Shown: piece after piece, positions 60,150-64,000 of the stretch
How the letters are laid out: each line of letters opens with the position of its first letter
Numbering within the stretch: position 1 is the first letter of the stretch
Source of the DNA: Eledone cirrhosa
Lineage: Eukaryota
Assembly (NCBI GenBank): GCA_964016885.1
Contig: OZ024757.1
Location: forward strand, 30,442,001 to 30,506,000
Reading direction: 5' to 3'
Length of the DNA stretch: 64,000 nt
Notes under the pieces: generated by a model
Databases searched by the model: none
What the model was told of the DNA's origin: nothing
The model's input: only the letters and a program-made list of their open reading frames with translations
Position numbers and translations under genes: made by a program

Positions 60150-60750
60150 ACCGAAAGCATGCTGTCTATGCCAAAGTCAGTAAATTTGACATTAAAGGGG
60201 CTGTCTGTCTCCTCTCTTGCACAGTGTTACCCAGATTCTCTCAAGCGAATGAAAGAGAAGCACTCATCGGCCCCCTCCAGATGACCAGTTACACTGGCCT
60301 GAACCACCACAATACACAAGACTGGTTTACACCACTGATAACATCAGAAAGGCGATTGCATCCTTTCCTGCTGGTTCTGGTGAGGGGATTGACGGTCTAA
60401 GACCTCAGCATCTCAAGGATGGTATCTCCTTATCAGCCAGTGATGCCAAACTCAGTTTGTGAATCAGTTCTCTTCAGAGAATGTTCTCTCCTATATCCAT
60501 CCATTGATCTTTGGTGCAAAACTATTCGGACTCACAAAGCCTAATGGAGACTTGCACTCTTTGTCATCTTACTGCAAAGGTGTGTTTGTTATCGGTCTCT
60601 GATTCACTGTTGGCAGAATTTTCCCCCATCCAGTTAGGAGTGGGTACAAAGCTGGGATATGAAGCTGCTGCCCACACTGCCAAAGCCTTTACCAATGTGC
60701 CCTCCAAGTCCCCTGGGGTCATCCTCAAATTTGACCTCAAGAATGCGAGA
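60150..60750 (+). mobile_element. CRE-clade retrotransposon RT fragment
   Basis: DIKGAVCLL, IRKAIASFPAGSGEGIDGLRPQHLKD, FGAKLFGLTKPNG, PIQLGVGTKLGYEAAAH and ILKFDLKNA, which are CRE/MoTeR/Cnl1-type RT motifs. Confidence 0.8.
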
Positions 60751-63367
60751 AGAGTTCCCGTCTATTCATGGAAGAGCTGTTTCTCTTTATCTTGTGTTGG
60801 CGTCGGTGGTCTGGAGAGACTGAACAACTTGAGGTTAAATGAGATCAGTTTTTCTCAGAAGATTAGGGATATACTTTGAGCTGCTCAAGCAGTAAAGAGA
60901 TGTAGCATTTAGCTAAACACTCCAACTCAGTCGACAGGGTTGAACTACTTTGATAAAGGTTAGTTCATGTATCTGGTCAGACTACTACTACATTCACGCA
61001 AACCAACCAGACAAACATAACACACAATTCACTCGGTCCTTTGTTGTAAACGGTTTTCTTAATAAAAATTCTTTATGCAGTGACCATGTTTTATTTATTC
61101 ATTCCTCAGCATTTTCTCTAAATCACTACTACAAACTCTGCCATGCTCAAATGAACAATAACAAACAAACTAATTCATCCATCGCTACATCCAACTTCAT
61201 TACATTCTTTTCGCTACATAAGACAAAGTTAGAATATATCATAGTATAAATGCCATATTCTATTCTGAAGTCCCACGCACCACCATGACTGGACCAAGTT
61301 ATATATCATAGTGTATAAGCCGTCCGACCTTCAGAAACACTGCTCTAATGGCTAGAGTGTTAGACTGGCAATTTCCAGGTGTTTACGCAAACGTAATTGT
61401 AACATTTTCCCAGTACACTACATAATGAATTGTAACATTTCCCCAGTACACCACATAATCAATATGTAGGTGCTAGCAGTAACGGCACGAACCAGTTAAT
61501 GAAAGGCTGTCATGCCTCGCTGACGTGCAGAACCCTACGCACATACCGCTTTAATCAAGAAAATGCAATCAGGTGGAAAAAATATGGAGATCTGATAAGA
61601 GTTGTCTTTTCTTACATATATAATGTATAAGAGCAGTAAACGAGTTTTACGTTTCAGTCTTTCAAGAAGTTTAACCTTTATGAAACAATTGTAAATATTC
61701 AAGAATGAAAGTATTATTTATGTTAATATTTGCAGACTTTCATTGGCACTACTAACCTTTCACATTTCCTTTTTTTTGTTATTTTTTTTATAATTGGAAA
61801 TAATAAAAAGTTATGGCGAATATGTAATTTAAACATTAACACTTTTAATGGCAGACATCGTCATGAACTGACAGGATTCGAGGTTAAAGAGATTTATGCA
61901 ATGACATGACAAATCAACCATCTTTTTCTAAAATGTCGGAACTACGATCTATAATTGTATCGAAATCTAATTTAAACAATTTCTGGTAATAATAATTGTT
62001 TCTACTTTTGGCACAAGGCTAACAATTAACTCAGTGCATAACTGATACTTTATTCTATTGATCCCGTTAGGATGAAAGGCAAAGTTAACCTCGGCGAGAT
62101 TTGAACTCAGACCGTAAAGGGACGTAACTCTGTGCTGGAAAGCATGGCGTCCGATCTCCTACCGATACTGCCAATCCACCGCCCTTGAATGTATAATAAC
62201 AGACTGGTAAACAATTCCAAACGTTTCACTCGTCAAGGTTGTTCACTAATTATCTGCATATTCTTAATACAGATCAGGTGTAACCGAAACTGTTGGTTCT
62301 CTCATGACATACGCCCATATATCCACCACCAACGAATTATTGTTATTACAGAAAGTACACATGAAAATATATTAGAAAAAAAGAACATAATCAAATTAAA
62401 TGCACGAATAAATATTGTTAAGATCGTTTTCAGATTATTCGGTGGAGAATAGAATTAATATAGATGTCTGACTAGCAATATCAAATTTTTTTCCATCATC
62501 GACATTCAGTAAATCTATAATTTATTTTGTATCATATCTGGCGATTGAAAAATACCAGACCGATATTTCAGTTTGCAAATATTTTCTTGTAGGTAAAACT
62601 GACGTGGAAGAAACTACCTGTATCGGTTGTTAGCTGTCGGGACACTGCATCCTTCAAAACTTCCATGCTTCCCGAGATTCGGCACACTACACCTGATATT
62701 CTGCGTAGGTGCACACGTACGAATATGTCTGTATATCATGACTAATAGACTATTCACTTTCCTGACATTTCTACATTATTCTATGTACTATACATGCACC
62801 TTTGATGTGTTGTAGTGCACCTGAGCACTTCACAAAATAATTTCATTATTATTATACTACTAAGTTATATATTTTCACTTGTATATAATTATTATATCGT
62901 TGAAGGGTTCACTAAATTCCATTATCTACACACGTTATTATAGATTTCCAGTAAATCTCTGTTAACTTACCACCGTGAAATGTAGTCGATGTACCGTTAT
63001 GTTCTGAACGACAAAGAACATTATCTCATTGCTGTTAGATTAAGATTTTCAAATGTTTCATCGACGTTATTTTACGACATTAACGTTGTTCTGACTGCTT
63101 CGTTTTTAGCCATAAATTCGTATTTTGTCAGAATGAAGTAGAATCGAACCAACATAAGATACATACGAAAAGTTAATATACCATACATTCACTACTTAAT
63201 TTATTTATAGTGAACAGTTTTTATGGAGTTTTTTAATGGCTAAATGAATTCGTTAGCGCATACTTCCAAACGAATACATACATATATATATATATATATG
63301 TTTATCCCGAGTTCAATCGGAGGTAACCACAGTAAGGTATTCAATACAAAACAGAGTATAAATATTT

Positions 63368-63477
63368 AATATAGAAAAGGCTTCTACAGGACTAGAACTG
63401 TTTAATTCGGGAGAAATCATCAAGGGTTTCTGGTGATTTATCCCGAATGAAACAGTTCTAGTCCTGTAGAAGCCTTT

Positions 63478-63485
<8 letters not shown>
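63368..63485. repeat. Foldback with about 55-bp arms containing degenerate hammerhead cores
   Basis: AATATAGAAAAGGCTTCTACAGGACTAGAACTGTTT... and its reverse complement around an 8-nt spacer. Confidence 0.85.
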
Positions 63486-63510
<25 letters not shown>

Positions 63511-63524
63511 CAAACACTCACATA

Positions 63525-63556
63525 CTAGTAGTAGTACATGTCGTTGCCCGGGTGCC
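63525..63556 (-). mobile_element. Probable Helitron 3' terminus
   Basis: Minus strand CACCCGGGCAACGACATGTACTACTA-CTAG|T, a partly decayed hairpin plus CTAG. Confidence 0.45.
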
Positions 63557-64000
63557 AAAAATGGAGAAAACGACTTTACTATAGCAAGTTTTTATGTAAT
63601 TATATTAGCATGTATATATATACATTTTTATCTTATAGGAAAGACACCGCTAAAGTTGAATTATTTTCACTTCTATGATGCAAGAAGTTTCTTTTAAGAC
63701 GTGTTTAATGATCGTTTTAATTCAGTGAATTAAAAGAAAATGGTATCTTTTACGTTATATACTGTAGTCAAACATTACATAGATTTATTTGAATACCAAT
63801 TGTGTGTGCGTAAGTTTGTTCATACTTACACACTTGAATGTGTGTGTATATATATACACATATACACGCACACATACAATCTTTGGGCCTTGAAAAGAGT
63901 TGGATACATTTTACGTGCGCTTTTCCCTGCTTGCAAAAGCGGACGTAAAATGATGATGATTTTAATGAAATAACAGTTTATATAGTTATTTATTATAATC

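Noticed and set aside
61480-61950. Another ZNF-type promoter (AGAGTTGTCTTTT at about 61598)
   Set aside because: Only one degenerate motif; no CGCATG/ACTTCC pair or clear donor.

Overview
AT-rich eukaryotic DNA holding a cluster of KRAB-less tandem C2H2 zinc-finger (ZNF) genes inside dense transposon debris. A coleoid cephalopod such as Octopus is inferred from the single-exon CDICGKSF...HTGEKPY arrays and the tRNA-SINE types; this is not proven. There are four complete ZNF ORFs (387-1607, 11206-12393, 17444-18385, and 50810-51652/51739 on the minus strand), the tail of a fifth (1-162) and two ZNF pseudo-exons. A shared promoter/non-coding first-exon module occurs about nine times, six times without a nearby coding exon. 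The cluster grew by nested tandem duplications: an older 6-8 kb one, a 2.6 kb one, and a near-perfect 8.4 kb one that may be an assembly artefact. Mobile elements include a DD37D maT transposon carrying a 5'-inverted RTE-group LINE with a 12-bp TSD, Helitron remnants, a Merlin nested in a hAT MITE, TTAA (piggyBac-type) MITEs, pogo, CR1, Vingi-like and CRE-clade fragments, and many SINEs. Four items stand out: (1) a foldback beside the minus-strand ZNF promoter encoding a minimal hammerhead ribozyme on each strand; (2) an intact 23-aa-repeat (STPR-like) ORF in a short Helitron with its own 3' end; (3) ZNF paralog divergence by whole-finger indels and changes at DNA-contact residues; (4) an unidentified 22.8-28.6 kb block with B-box-like arrays, octamers and inverted-repeat-flanked cassettes. 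All alignments and folds were done by eye, so boundaries of decayed elements are approximate.
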